A DNA stretch of 64,000 nucleotides from Minisyncoccota bacterium (GCA_965222715.1 OZ244961.1:462277-526276); one strand, 5' to 3'; shown: positions 30,163-42,190, counted from the first letter of the stretch. Notes: generated by a model from the letters alone, not told the origin. Program-made: numbers and translations.

Positions 30163-31491
30163 CTATTCGGAAGCAGTTTCAAGTGCTCCCCGTGTATAAC
30201 GATTACTTGGTGACCATAACATCCAACTCGTAAGACCAGTATCATATGTGGCTTGAATTTGAGCACGCACCTCCTCAACATCATAATCTCCCCCATAATC
30301 AAAATCCTGAAGCCAGGGGCGAAGTTTTTGAATATCGTAGACTGGCTTCGTGTACTCCCCTGTTGCCACCTTTCTGGTGCTTGTTGCGATAAACACTCCT
30401 TCTTCGGTGTGGTGCGCAGGGACAATCTCTTCTTTAAAGACTTCTTTTCCTTCAAGGGTACGGATTGGGGTCGTCTCTCTACGTAACCGCTCTACCGCTT
30501 CTTTCATTGAGACAAATATAACTTTATATGGATCTGAGTTTGGGTTTGAAAGGCCGGCAAAACCAGCATTGTAATGAGAGGGGTACACCATTGGTGCAAT
30601 GTAATCAAAATATGGGAGTGCTCGTTCAAGCTGCTGCCCGATACCAAGGTCATTCGTAAAGACTGTGGTATACCCAAAAAGGTCTGCGGATGTAACGACT
30701 CCAATTGAACTTACCTCTTTGTGAAGGTATTTAAAGAATGTTTCCAGAGCTTCGGCTTTGTTATCATTCACAAACTGCGCGTCCGCCATGGGCCCATCCG
30801 AAGGATAGCGAATATAGTCGTAGTTTAACTCATCAAAACCAATTGCGTATGACTCTTTTGAGAGCTCCACAATATACTCCCAAAACTTTCGAGAACTAAC
30901 ATCAATAAATGAAAGACCTTTGTTATCCTCCCATGGCTCTCCTACCCTACTCACACTCTGAACCGCGAGCTCGGGGTGTAATTGAGAATAGTATGGATCT
31001 TGAAAGACAGTAATGCGTCCAATGACGTATATACCTTTCTCATGAAGAAGTGCAATAAACTCACGCATATCTCGAGCACCACACTGATCAGATACAAAAT
31101 CTTTTAATGTAGGGTTCTCGGTCGGAAATGCAATCTTACCTGTGTAGTCTTTAATATCGATAATAACGGAGTTTAGTTCTGTTTCTTCAATGAGCGCAAC
31201 GAGTGACTCGCGAAACGATGGGGTGCCCACAACACACTGAGACATATATATTGCACGAACAGCCTCTGGGGTATCTATATGAGAAGCAGTTGGTTTTTGT
31301 GGAGTAACATCTTGCCTATCTTCAATAACTGTTGGCGAAGCAGTGGACACAGAATATGAGACTGGAAAGAGTGCTGGCACTGTGAAGTACGCACCAACGA
31401 AAAAACCCATCGCAATAACACCAACGGAATAATGAAATGCTCTACCCGTTGTGCTTTTCTGGATCTTCTGTGCGTGTTTCCGAATTTTCAT
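30163..31491 (-). CDS. Putative glycoside hydrolase (DUF4015-like)
   Basis: ELNSVIIDIKD, GRITVFQD, GFDELNYDYIRYP, PMVYPSHY, RPWLQDF. Confidence 0.85.
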   Translation of the reverse strand: MKIRKHAQKIQKSTTGRAFHYSVGVIAMGFFVGAYFTVPALFPVSYSVSTASPTVIEDRQDVTPQKPTASHIDTPEAVRAIYMSQCVVGTPSFRESLVALIEETELNSVIIDIKDYTGKIAFPTENPTLKDFVSDQCGARDMREFIALLHEKGIYVIGRITVFQDPYYSQLHPELAVQSVSRVGEPWEDNKGLSFIDVSSRKFWEYIVELSKESYAIGFDELNYDYIRYPSDGPMADAQFVNDNKAEALETFFKYLHKEVSSIGVVTSADLFGYTTVFTNDLGIGQQLERALPYFDYIAPMVYPSHYNAGFAGLSNPNSDPYKVIFVSMKEAVERLRRETTPIRTLEGKEVFKEEIVPAHHTEEGVFIATSTRKVATGEYTKPVYDIQKLRPWLQDFDYGGDYDVEEVRAQIQATYDTGLTSWMLWSPSNRYTRGALETASE

Positions 31492-31720
31492 TGTGTTCTG
31501 TTAATACACTACTTTGGGTGTAGCTATCAGTATGTTTCTCTGCGGTAAGGTGCGTACAAATTGCACCTGAAGTAATATCTTTACGAAGGAGTAGCGCGGT
31601 AACAATAATCAGGAGTCCAAGTATGTTAAATATGATTGTTTTCCAGGAACTAGGCACTCCAAGAAATGTTGCGAGTACCACAAGTGCGCCAAGAAATATG
31701 AGAAACGAGTCTTTTGTCAT
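31442..31720 (-). CDS. Small two-TM membrane protein
   Basis: Two hydrophobic helices around LGVPSSWK. Confidence 0.7.
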   Translation of the reverse strand: MTKDSFLIFLGALVVLATFLGVPSSWKTIIFNILGLLIIVTALLLRKDITSGAICTHLTAEKHTDSYTQSSVLTEHNENSETRTEDPEKHNG

Positions 31721-31756
31721 AGATATCGGTATTATACGGGAAAAATGAGTGTGTTT

Positions 31757-32056
31757 CTATCCCCTACGTCTGACGTACACGAGGGCTTTTTCATTCTCAA
31801 CCAGCACCTCTTCTCGAGTGTAGCGATACTCAACTCGTTCATATCGATCAAGTTTCTCCAATTCGTCGTGAGAGACAGTGATAAGAAAACCATGGACAGT
31901 ACTTGGTGCATCTTCTACGACCGTCATACCAAAGAAAGGTTTCCCAACACGCTTCCAGCCCACTAAAGCAGCAGGTTGTGCCTCAACAAAACGACCGAGT
32001 ACGAGAAATCGTACAATACCAAACGCAAGAGTACCGTATACAAACACTTTGATCAT
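31757..32056 (-). CDS. Gamma-glutamylcyclotransferase (AIG2-like)
   Basis: VFVYGTL, LDRYE, ALVYV. Confidence 0.88.
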   Translation of the reverse strand: MIKVFVYGTLAFGIVRFLVLGRFVEAQPAALVGWKRVGKPFFGMTVVEDAPSTVHGFLITVSHDELEKLDRYERVEYRYTREEVLVENEKALVYVRRRG

Positions 32057-32745
32057 TTCTCTGAAATAACCACAACAAACTCTCCTTTAGTTGGTGTACG
32101 ATACTCTTGAAAAAACTCTTTAATCCCTTTGGCCTCACCAATCTGTATTTCTTCAAATTTTTTTGTCAGTTCACGAAGTACTACCACTTCTCGCGTACCA
32201 ATAACGTCTGCGAGTTCATCGAGCAGCTTCTGTATGCGATGTGGTGATTCATACAACACCACAGCATGATCAATGTGTGCAATCTCTTTAATGAGAGTTG
32301 CTCGACCTTTTTTGTGTGGTAAGAAACCTAGAAATACAAATTGGGTAGCAGGAACGCCCGCAACAGAAAGTGCTGCGGTGAGTGCCGAGGGTCCAGGAAT
32401 AGGTTCGATAGGAAATGTATCACCAAGCGCCTGCCGGACAGAGGCCACTAATCGATATCCAGGATCGGATATACCTGGTGTCCCCGCATCAGTCACGTAG
32501 GCAATATTCTCTCCTTCAGTAAGGCGATTGATAATCTCTTGTGCTCGCGTTTTCTCAATATTCGCATCAAGTCGTTTTATTGGTGTTGTAATTTCGTAGC
32601 GATTCAGTAGTTTTTTAGTCACTCGCGTATCTTCACAGAAAATAACATCTACCTCTTTAAGTATACGAAGGGCGCGAAGCGTAATATCCTCGAGGTTACC
32701 AATGGGAGTGCCGACAATGTAGAGCGTTGCCATGGTGGGTATCAT
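32053..32745 (-). CDS. rsmI: 16S rRNA C1402 2'-O-methyltransferase
   Basis: LYIVGTPIGNLEDITLRAL, CEDTR, DAGTPGISDPG, YESPHR, RELTK. Confidence 0.96.
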   Translation of the reverse strand: MIPTMATLYIVGTPIGNLEDITLRALRILKEVDVIFCEDTRVTKKLLNRYEITTPIKRLDANIEKTRAQEIINRLTEGENIAYVTDAGTPGISDPGYRLVASVRQALGDTFPIEPIPGPSALTAALSVAGVPATQFVFLGFLPHKKGRATLIKEIAHIDHAVVLYESPHRIQKLLDELADVIGTREVVVLRELTKKFEEIQIGEAKGIKEFFQEYRTPTKGEFVVVISEK

Positions 32746-32868
32746 ACACGCCTCAGTAGTAAAAATACAGTTTGTATATCTTTAATGTATTAGTTGCGTC
32801 TACTGTTGAGGTGTTTTAGGATAAGTAGTGGAATAGAAAAGAAACGCAAAATACGGGAGCATACAAAC

Positions 32869-33078
32869 ATGAATTGTACAGGAAAAGATCCCCTCAATGG
32901 TACACCAAGTGCTGGGGTCGTCCGAAGTCCGATAGACGAAGAGGAAGATCTTGTCACTCCTGAGGAATCTACTGGGGTGTCCTCAGATGACACACCAAAA
33001 GAAACCTCAAAAGAAATAAAGAGTGACATCTTTGACCCTGAAGATGATCAGGGTATACATTCCATTGTCGGTCGCTAA
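32869..33078 (+). CDS. Small acidic hypothetical protein
   Basis: GGGAG before ATG; terminator-like hairpin at 33106-33131. Confidence 0.5.
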   Translation: MNCTGKDPLNGTPSAGVVRSPIDEEEDLVTPEESTGVSSDDTPKETSKEIKSDIFDPEDDQGIHSIVGR

Positions 33079-33200
33079 CGTTTCTCAACCACACATATAA
33101 CACCCAAACCGGAGCGCACACGCTCCGGTTTCTCTATATTTATCTACTAAAAAGAAGTCGCCGAACAGTATGAAGTGTTCGGCGACGAATCGGGTGTGAG

Positions 33201-33478
33201 TCAGTGCATCGACTCAAATTTTGGAGGCGATCTCCAGATTTCGAGAAGGTATTCAATGGGTCCTTTCACGTGGGCGAATACGAGCACCCAAATGATTGGA
33301 CTGGATACCAGGCGGACGAGCCACCAGAAAACGCTCAACATAAAACAGTAGAGAACCAGGATGTGATTGAGCATAGGATACCCCCCGTTTTTTGCTCGAG
33401 AAAAATGAGGAAGGCCAAGACGGCAATGATGCAATTTGGTATCTCACCGCACCACCACCAGAATGAACCGTATTTCAT
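33201..33478 (-). CDS. Small membrane protein(s): 33335..33478 and 33201..33374, possibly one frameshifted gene
   Basis: GGGAGG SD and ATGA overlap at 33478; two hydrophobic overlapping ORFs meeting at an A6-C-G6 run; hairpin 33157-33187. Confidence 0.4.
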
Positions 33479-33711
33479 GATCCCCTCCCCAGCGAACCAA
33501 ACGCGTCCGGGTCATCAGCTTGTTGAATCAAGGCTGAAATAACCATGAGGGCATCACCGTATTTCTCGTCCCCGTAAAGCTCGCTGAAAAGATGTGCAAG
33601 TACGGATTTGTCGTGACCAGAAAGAGGTCGAGCATCCGGATCATGTGTTACTCGATACCCTTCTGCAAGCTCATTAACACGAGCTTGAAATTCTTCTTGA
33701 TCGATACTCAT
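33475..33711 (-). CDS. Small hypothetical protein
   Basis: AAGGAGG 5 nt before ATG; helical charged sequence. Confidence 0.65.
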   Translation of the reverse strand: MSIDQEEFQARVNELAEGYRVTHDPDARPLSGHDKSVLAHLFSELYGDEKYGDALMVISALIQQADDPDAFGSLGRGS

Positions 33712-33835
33712 GAGTTCCTCCTTTTGGAACATCAATTTTTTAACCACTGTGACTATAGCACAGAAAAATAAAAAATCTAGGTGTTTGTATGTTGGGTAAC
33801 AATAACGTTTAAAGCTGTATCAGGTACTTTCCAAG

Positions 33836-33999
33836 GTGCGGATGCCAAGACTCGAACTTGCCTCCCTGCAGGAGCTGTACACCTTGTCGATATTTTCAGA
33901 GAACATATCTGGCAAGGTCTTGCGAAGCTTCAAGTATTCGCTTCTCACCTCGTCATTATCAGGAGAAACGACATGCGTTTCTCCGCTCTACGCCTGAGC
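33836..33999 (-). repeat. Interrupted copy of the neighbouring tRNA-Ile
   Basis: 33836-33860 = 34035-34059; 33947-33962 = 34062-34077; 33984-33999 similar to 34083-34100. Confidence 0.85.
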
Positions 34000-34035
34000 A
34001 CAAGTGGTAGAGCCTTCAAGCTCATTGAAATCTAG

Positions 34036-34109
34036 TGCGGATGCCAAGACTCGAACTTGGGACCTCGTCATTATCAGTGACGCGCTCTAACCACCTGAGC
34101 TACACCCGC
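34036..34109 (-). tRNA. tRNA-Ile(GAT), CCA not encoded
   Basis: GCGGGTG/CATCCGC acceptor, CGTCA-CTGATAA-TGACG, TTCGAG T-loop. Confidence 0.96.
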
Positions 34110-34243
34110 AAAGTACAGCACATAGTAGCAAAATGAGTCTATAATCTCAACGCCTAGCAGATAACTTAGTGAGTACTTGAAGAATCTTGCAGTATTTGCT
34201 ACCCTCCCTAATGGAATAACCCTAACCTAATTGGAGGCTTTTC

Positions 34244-34435
34244 GTGTGTCAACGATATAGTGGAAGAAACCATATCCCGCAAGATCAAGGTACGTCGCGT
34301 GAAAACGGAGGTGGCTGCTCCGTTGCCGGCAAGGAAAATAAGTGCCAAGGCAAAAAGAGACTGCCTCGGAAGAGAAAGCGGGACCAAGCATCGAGACCGA
34401 GGAGCGGCTCGATTCTTCAGGCACATTGGGCATGA
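34244..34435 (+). CDS. Possible small basic protein
   Basis: GGAGG before GTG; strong hairpin 34443-34471 after the stop; reading frame uncertain. Confidence 0.3.
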   Translation: MCQRYSGRNHIPQDQGTSRENGGGCSVAGKENKCQGKKRLPRKRKRDQASRPRSGSILQAHWA

Positions 34436-34500
34436 ATACAACAACCGCGCAGATCAGTGATCTGCGCGGTTTCTCGTTACAGCTATCACGGATAGAAATA

Positions 34501-34530
34501 AAAAACGCCAAAGGTACCTTTGGCGTTTTT
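34501..34530. terminator. Bidirectional terminator after 16S
   Basis: AAAAACGCCAAAGGTACCTTTGGCGTTTTT palindrome. Confidence 0.8.
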
Positions 34531-34751
34531 TTACGGCTCTGTAGAGCCATTTTTATTAATATACTTTCTTTTGTTCCGTTCAATCTCCAAGTAACGCACT
34601 TCTTGGTTAGCGAGTGTAGCCCCGATATGAAATCGGGACTCCGACAGAACCGTCGGAGATAAGAGTACAACACTATTGCTCTTTCCATGCTCGTACGAGG
34701 CATAGAAGATCGACCGGTTAAGTTGTATACCGTAGTACACAACGTCTCCGA

Positions 34752-36210
<1,459 letters not shown>

Positions 36211-36469
36211 GATCTGCCTTACGACAGTTCATAGAATGAACGAAACAAAAGAAAATATATTAAGTGATTCTCTTTTTTCTGGTTGCCTCGTTGCGACACG
36301 AGGACTTTTTTTGGATTCACAGGACCTGTTTGAAACAGGTCCTTAGACGAACTACACAGCCCCGTCAGAGCTATGTATTAAGGTTCGCACAAATTGCTAT
36401 TCAGTTTTCAAAGGCTGTATTCATAAGTGAACTGAGCCAAACAAAAACTGCCCTACGCAGTTGTAGAAG

Positions 36470-36498
36470 AGTATATAGGAGTCTAGCTCTAGAGTCAA
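36470..36498 (-). promoter_or_regulatory. Sigma70 promoter of 16S
   Basis: TTGACT-17 nt-TATACT; boxA-like CTTTGAAAACTGAA near 36400-36413. Confidence 0.8.
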
Positions 36499-36536
36499 GA
36501 AAGAAAAAACCGGAAAGTAAAGATGCTTTCCGGTCA

Positions 36537-37283
36537 CTATTTGAGTGGATTTTCCGATCCAAGCAAACCGAGAGTCACTCGAATTGCTGGAAGGTTTCTT
36601 CCAAGGGATATCCGAGTTTTAGAACTCTTTGCATAAGAACGTAAGTGTACAGCAACCACTTCTCCCCTACAGTTTAAAACTGCTGAGCCAGAACTACCTG
36701 GCCGAATTGGCCTTGACGGTAGCTGAGCAATGTATGATTCAAATGCTCGATCTCTACCAAGGAATGTGATTGGAGAAACCATAAATGGCCACCTTGATGG
36801 ATTCCCTACAACAAACCCGCTTTCACCTTCGCGTGGTTCTCGCTCTGAAAAAGTTGCTGGTACAACAGAAGTAAGAGGTGTGGCTACTTCAACAACACCA
36901 AGGTCGTACACTGAGTGGCGAACCCGAAGTGTTATTGTCCGTTCATACTCATTGAGATTTTCTGCAGACGGTAGACGTATATACGAACGTGACATTCTTA
37001 CTAATCGTAGGATGTTATCGAAAGTGAGTATGGGAATATCCCTGCTCTCACCAACTTCATTCAGCTCGACCATCTTCAAAAAATGATGGTTGACTAGCAG
37101 TAATGTAGGAGAGAGAACTACTCCTGTTGCGTGTGCATAGGAACCTCGCTCAACCCCAACCCACACAACTGATGATTCGATATTTCCAAGAATTCTTGGA
37201 CACGTATTTACAGTACTCGCAAATGCAACTTCTCCAATAAAAAACTTGAGAAGAAATATTGCGATGATGCTTAATCGGCACAT
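36537..37283 (-). CDS. Secreted trypsin-like serine protease
   Basis: Signal peptide, VNHH, YDLGV, PGSSGS; AGGAGG SD. Confidence 0.8.
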   Translation of the reverse strand: MCRLSIIAIFLLKFFIGEVAFASTVNTCPRILGNIESSVVWVGVERGSYAHATGVVLSPTLLLVNHHFLKMVELNEVGESRDIPILTFDNILRLVRMSRSYIRLPSAENLNEYERTITLRVRHSVYDLGVVEVATPLTSVVPATFSEREPREGESGFVVGNPSRWPFMVSPITFLGRDRAFESYIAQLPSRPIRPGSSGSAVLNCRGEVVAVHLRSYAKSSKTRISLGRNLPAIRVTLGLLGSENPLK

Positions 37284-37363
37284 TTATTCCTCCTTGAACT
37301 AGACTCCTAGAAACCTGGAGTGAATTAAACATTATTTTTTATAAATAATCAAAAAATTATTTT

Positions 37364-38260
37364 CTATTTCTCTCTATTCCACGACACAAGTAGTGGAGTT
37401 GCAAGACAAATTGAGGAGTAAGTACCGGCAATTACACCCACAAGAAGTACTAGTGCAAAGTCTTGGGTGACTGGAGCACCAAGGAAAAAGAGGGTGAGAA
37501 GTACGAAAATAGTTGTGAGTGAGGTATTCACTGAGCGCATGTATGTTTGCTCAAGACTCTTCCCCACAGTGAGCTCAAAATCTTCTTTTCTATTGAGTTC
37601 TCGGTTTAACCGCAAATTTTCACGCACTCGGTCAAACACTACGATGGTGTCATTCACTGAGTAGCCGAGAATTGCAAGAAGTGCCATCACAAAAAGTACA
37701 TTTACTTCTGAACCAAAGAGATACCCGAGCCCAGCAAAGACACCAATAGGAATGAGTATATCGTGAAGTAGTGCAACAATAGCAATCACGCCGTACTTCC
37801 ATGACGACACTGGTTCAGATACTTTACGAAAGACAAACGCAACAAAGAGAATAATAACGAGTGATGCAAGTGCAATGGCAACTAACGCTTTATTCTTTAA
37901 CTCATTTCCAATAACTGGACCAATAGTATTGATACGATCTTGCACTACTTCATACTGACCATTAAATGAAAGAGTTTGTAAGAGTGCCACACGAGCATCC
38001 TCAGAAAGTTCTTGGGTACGTAAAATAAAACCGCTCTCTCCTGTTTCTCGTAATGAGAACTCCCCTGGTTGTGTATTTTGAAGACGAGAGACAATGTCAC
38101 TCTTCTGGGGTACTTCAGTAGTATATGAAAACTCAACGAGTGAACCGCCAGTAAAATCAATGCCGAAATTAAGACCAAAGACAGATACACTTATAATTGC
38201 CGCAATAACAAAAAGTGCGGTGAGTGCGTAAAATATTTTTCTGTAGGTGACAATAAACAT
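37364..38260 (-). CDS. secF: Protein translocase subunit SecF
   Basis: GIDFTGG, LLHD, GYSVNDTIVVFDRVRE, GTYSSI. Confidence 0.97.
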   Translation of the reverse strand: MFIVTYRKIFYALTALFVIAAIISVSVFGLNFGIDFTGGSLVEFSYTTEVPQKSDIVSRLQNTQPGEFSLRETGESGFILRTQELSEDARVALLQTLSFNGQYEVVQDRINTIGPVIGNELKNKALVAIALASLVIILFVAFVFRKVSEPVSSWKYGVIAIVALLHDILIPIGVFAGLGYLFGSEVNVLFVMALLAILGYSVNDTIVVFDRVRENLRLNRELNRKEDFELTVGKSLEQTYMRSVNTSLTTIFVLLTLFFLGAPVTQDFALVLLVGVIAGTYSSICLATPLLVSWNREK

Positions 38261-38262
38261 AT

Positions 38263-39588
38263 TTAGAAATAAAAACCACTACCAAAGAAGAGTCGCGTGA
38301 GACGTCGATTGGCGTAGCGACCAAGACTCACGAGTAGTGTGCGAGTAATGACAACCGCAGTAAACATACTTACTAAAACTCCGAGTCCAAAGGTAAGAGC
38401 AAACCCCTGTACTAAAGAAGTACCAAACCAAAAGAGAATAACAGCAATAATTAAACTTGAAATATTACCATCTCGAATTGAAAGCCATGCTCGAGCAAAC
38501 CCTTCTTTGATTGCGTCTTTGGTATCCTTCCCCTCCTTAAGTTCTTCTTTCAGGCGCTCAAAAATGAGGACATTTGCATCAACTGCAAGACCGATGGTGA
38601 GAATAAAACCAGCAACGCCTGCAGCGGTAAGGGTTACCGGAATGAGTTTAAAGAGTGCGAGCATGAGAGCGATATAGATACTCAAAGACACCACTGCAAT
38701 AAAACCAGGAATCCGGTACCACACTACCAAAAAGACAGCGACCAGGAGTAGACCAAGTACCCCAGCTACCACACCTCGCTCAAGTGCAATGGAGCCAAGC
38801 GATGCACCAATAGTCTGGGTACTCAAAAGTTCGATTGGTACCGGAAGTGCTCCAAAGTTTAAATTGCGAACTAACTCTCGTGCTTCTTCTGGATTAAAGT
38901 TGCCAGAGATAACTGCGGTACCATTTGGAATTTCGTCTTGGACCACTGGATCTGAAATAAGTTCTCCATCAAGGAAAATACCAACAATCTCCCCAATGTT
39001 ATTTCGGGTAATCTCAGCAAATAACTCTCTTCCTTCGCTATTAAATTCGATAACAACGACTGGCTCATTTGAGAGCCCTGATGAAGCATTCCCAAACTGT
39101 AACGTTGCTCGCTCAAGAAAACGACCAGTAAGACCAGTGTCTTGATACGAGGCGTTGAGGTTGAGTGTACCATCTTCATCAACCCCAGCTTCTTCTGTAA
39201 CCAACAGTTTGAATTCAAGTACAGGCGTTTCACCAATAAGGGCAATTGCTTCTTCTGTATCAGTAACTCCAGGAAGCTCAACAATCAAACGCTCTTCTTC
39301 TACACCAGAAAACAAATCACTTCGCTCAGTTTGCACTATTGGTTCAGCAACACCAAAGAGATTTACTCGTCGCTCAATCACATCTCGAAGTGAGGACATT
39401 GCATCCCCTACTTCACCTTCAGGTACACTTGAGGTGTCGGCACGGTAGACAAGGTGTGTACCGCCAGCAAGATCAAGGCCAAATTTAAACGGAAAGGCGC
39501 CCTCCCCTCGTTCAGATTGAAAGACAAAAGAGCCGACAAGAAGGCCGGCAACAAGAAGTATGAGTGCTAGTAGGCGCACTTTCCACAT
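38263..39588 (-). CDS. secD: Protein translocase subunit SecD
   Basis: GLDLAGG, RVNLFGVAEP, GALPVP, AVDANVLIFER. Confidence 0.97.
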   Translation of the reverse strand: MWKVRLLALILLVAGLLVGSFVFQSERGEGAFPFKFGLDLAGGTHLVYRADTSSVPEGEVGDAMSSLRDVIERRVNLFGVAEPIVQTERSDLFSGVEEERLIVELPGVTDTEEAIALIGETPVLEFKLLVTEEAGVDEDGTLNLNASYQDTGLTGRFLERATLQFGNASSGLSNEPVVVIEFNSEGRELFAEITRNNIGEIVGIFLDGELISDPVVQDEIPNGTAVISGNFNPEEARELVRNLNFGALPVPIELLSTQTIGASLGSIALERGVVAGVLGLLLVAVFLVVWYRIPGFIAVVSLSIYIALMLALFKLIPVTLTAAGVAGFILTIGLAVDANVLIFERLKEELKEGKDTKDAIKEGFARAWLSIRDGNISSLIIAVILFWFGTSLVQGFALTFGLGVLVSMFTAVVITRTLLVSLGRYANRRLTRLFFGSGFYF

Positions 39589-39655
39589 ATCACAGTAGTA
39601 TAGGGGGTTTTGGGGTAGTTGTAAAACCCAATATAGTTAGGCGGTATGTAGATGC

Positions 39656-40720
39656 TTAACGACGAGATTCTTCAGGTACATACTCTTCGTATCGTCCATC
39701 AGTGTGATAAAAAGCGTCAAACGACGAATGTTTGTAGTGATATCCGTACATATCAGTAAGTTTTGAACCATCCATAACAATGGGGTATGAATAGAACCGC
39801 CACCCACCACGAGATGTTGGTATCTTTCCACGTGTGAGGTGCCAAAACCAAAAAAATGCGAATCGAATAAGAAGTGGTGGCACCATAATGACTCGCTTCC
39901 CCACAGCCTTTCCCATATCTTTCGGTCGCACCACTTCTCCAGGAGGTGTAATGTTAAAGACTTCATAGGCACCTGTAATATCTTCAAAAGAAAGAAGGGC
40001 GACAATATCTGTCACATCATCCTCATGAATAAATTGGCGACACCATTTTTTAGTCGCAGGGACATTTGCAACTAAGAATGAAACCATGCGATACACGAAT
40101 GAATCCTTAAGTTGACCTGAGAGTGCTGACTGTAAACCAAAGCGGATACGCATAAAACGACCACGAGGACCAGTAATGGCTGCAGGGCGTACAACGAACA
40201 CCTGAGGGGTGCTGTCTTTGGCTTGAGCTTTATATGCATCTTCTAAGAGCTCTTCAACAATTCGTTTTTCATTACCATACGAATACTCTGTTTCTCGAAA
40301 CTCTTCTGTCTCTTTAAACATGTGTTCAAGAGTGTTGTCTTTATACGCACCATACGAAGAAGCGGTTGAAAAATAAATGAGTCGTTGTACTGAATCTTGA
40401 TTAAAAGCAAAATCAAATACTTTCTTCGAACCTATAACATTCCACTGGTACTGCGTGTCTCGATCTCCATACATTTCTCGAATCTGCCACGCTGTATGAA
40501 TGACAATATCTGGATTATACGAAGCAACCTTGTCTTCCCATGAACTGTCAGTAGTATGTGCCGTAATCCAGACAATTTTTTCATTACTCTCAAGAAGTTC
40601 TGGCTTCTCTTCTTTATCAAGCGCAATAATTTGCTCTACATCATCACGTTGTGAAAATTGGTCACAGAGCATCGCACCAACGTACCCCGCTCCTCCAGTT
40701 ATAAATAGTGTGTGTTTCAT
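39656..40720 (-). CDS. NAD-dependent epimerase/dehydratase
   Basis: ITGGAGYVG, STASSYG, YGNEK. Confidence 0.88.
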   Translation of the reverse strand: MKHTLFITGGAGYVGAMLCDQFSQRDDVEQIIALDKEEKPELLESNEKIVWITAHTTDSSWEDKVASYNPDIVIHTAWQIREMYGDRDTQYQWNVIGSKKVFDFAFNQDSVQRLIYFSTASSYGAYKDNTLEHMFKETEEFRETEYSYGNEKRIVEELLEDAYKAQAKDSTPQVFVVRPAAITGPRGRFMRIRFGLQSALSGQLKDSFVYRMVSFLVANVPATKKWCRQFIHEDDVTDIVALLSFEDITGAYEVFNITPPGEVVRPKDMGKAVGKRVIMVPPLLIRFAFFWFWHLTRGKIPTSRGGWRFYSYPIVMDGSKLTDMYGYHYKHSSFDAFYHTDGRYEEYVPEESRR

Positions 40721-40725
40721 ACGAA

Positions 40726-42087
40726 TTAACTTCCCAGTCGTGAAAATATAGTAGTAAGTGTTTGTAGTGCTATCTGTATATCTAAGATAAGTGAACGATT
40801 TTTAATATAATACACATCATACGCTAAACGTACCTCTGTATCTACAACTGACTGCGGAGAGACTTGGTTCTTTAGACCGTAGTCTTGTTTTATTTGTGCC
40901 CATCCAGTGAGTCCTGGTTTAATGAAGTTACGAACAGTGTAGTGAGGGATTTCTTCTGAAAGTCGCTTATGCAGGCCAGCAATATCTGGACGAGGCCCAA
41001 TGAAAGACATGTCACCAATAAATACACTCCAGAGTTGTGGGAGTTCGTCAATACGTGTCTTTCGTAAAAAGGAACCAACCCGAGTGATTGTATTGTCAGT
41101 TTCACCAATCCATACACCATCTTCGTTTCGTGTCATTGTTCGAAACTTTACAACAACTATTTCTTCTCCATCCTCTCCAATACGGGTCTGGGTGATGAAG
41201 ACACTCCCACCATCCTCGAGTTTAATTAAAAGATACACGAATGGATACACTAGTAATGACAGTAACCCCAGTGTGACAGAACCTAAAATATCTATAGCAC
41301 GCTTTGCTAGAGCGTAAAAAATTCGTGGACGTGTTGAGATAGTGTTCATGATCCAACGCTCGTTAAGCGCCGAGAGAGGAATGCGTTCAAATATATCTTC
41401 GTAGAGATTATGAATATCAAGGTAGGTGACGTCTTTCTCAGTAATTGATGATAGAGAGTTAAGTACAGACTCAATACTTCGACTTTTTATATCAGCAACA
41501 ATAACTGAGACCTCGCCACTATGTATCTTCTCTTTTATTCGAGCAATAACCTCGCTAACTCCTTCGGGACCATCGAGTAGTATTGCGTCAACAAACTCAA
41601 GTGCATATCGAGGGTTTCCATTCACTTCAGTAGTGAGCTCATCTACTTCTGTTTGGTATCCAATAATGACTGCTTTTTGCTTCTTTCGAAAACCAATGTA
41701 TGGGAAAAAGTTGATTCGCCACATAATAATAAAGAGTGACGAAAAGACGAGATAGAGTACTAAATTAGTTTTGGGAGCAATATCAAAGTACGGCACAAAG
41801 AAGAAAAAGAGAGCTGCAATAATGATATTTATTGCCTGAGCATTAAGTATGATTGATGGTATTTTCTTCCGGAGAATAGAGGTATGTTTGTTATATAAAC
41901 CAGAAATAAAGAATACTAATACCCATACAATAAAAAGTAACGAAAAAGGAATGATGTGGTTATATAAGAGTGTAGCTGATGGTGTCTCCACGTAACGCAC
42001 AAGAAGCGTCACCCACAGTGCAAGTAAGAAAAATACAACATCTCCAACAAGAAGAATGATAGGTTCCTGTTTAATAGCTATAGTCAT
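40726..42087 (-). CDS. Polyprenyl-phosphate sugar-1-phosphate transferase (WcaJ/WbaP type)
   Basis: KRAID, KFRTM, LRKTRIDELPQL, GDMSFIGPRP, KPGLTGWAQ. Confidence 0.93.
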   Translation of the reverse strand: MTIAIKQEPIILLVGDVVFFLLALWVTLLVRYVETPSATLLYNHIIPFSLLFIVWVLVFFISGLYNKHTSILRKKIPSIILNAQAINIIIAALFFFFVPYFDIAPKTNLVLYLVFSSLFIIMWRINFFPYIGFRKKQKAVIIGYQTEVDELTTEVNGNPRYALEFVDAILLDGPEGVSEVIARIKEKIHSGEVSVIVADIKSRSIESVLNSLSSITEKDVTYLDIHNLYEDIFERIPLSALNERWIMNTISTRPRIFYALAKRAIDILGSVTLGLLSLLVYPFVYLLIKLEDGGSVFITQTRIGEDGEEIVVVKFRTMTRNEDGVWIGETDNTITRVGSFLRKTRIDELPQLWSVFIGDMSFIGPRPDIAGLHKRLSEEIPHYTVRNFIKPGLTGWAQIKQDYGLKNQVSPQSVVDTEVRLAYDVYYIKNRSLILDIQIALQTLTTIFSRLGS

Positions 42088-42190
42088 TATGTCGCTTACA
42101 ATACAACAAAAAACCTTCTTGGCAAGTTACTCCCTTGCTTTCTCTATCGCTTTCTCTATTGAGAAAAATTTGCTCTACTAATAGATATAA

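Noticed and set aside
33836-33860. Prophage att site at tRNA-Ile
   Set aside because: Copy is only 199 nt away, includes anticodon and D-arm pieces, and no integrase is present.
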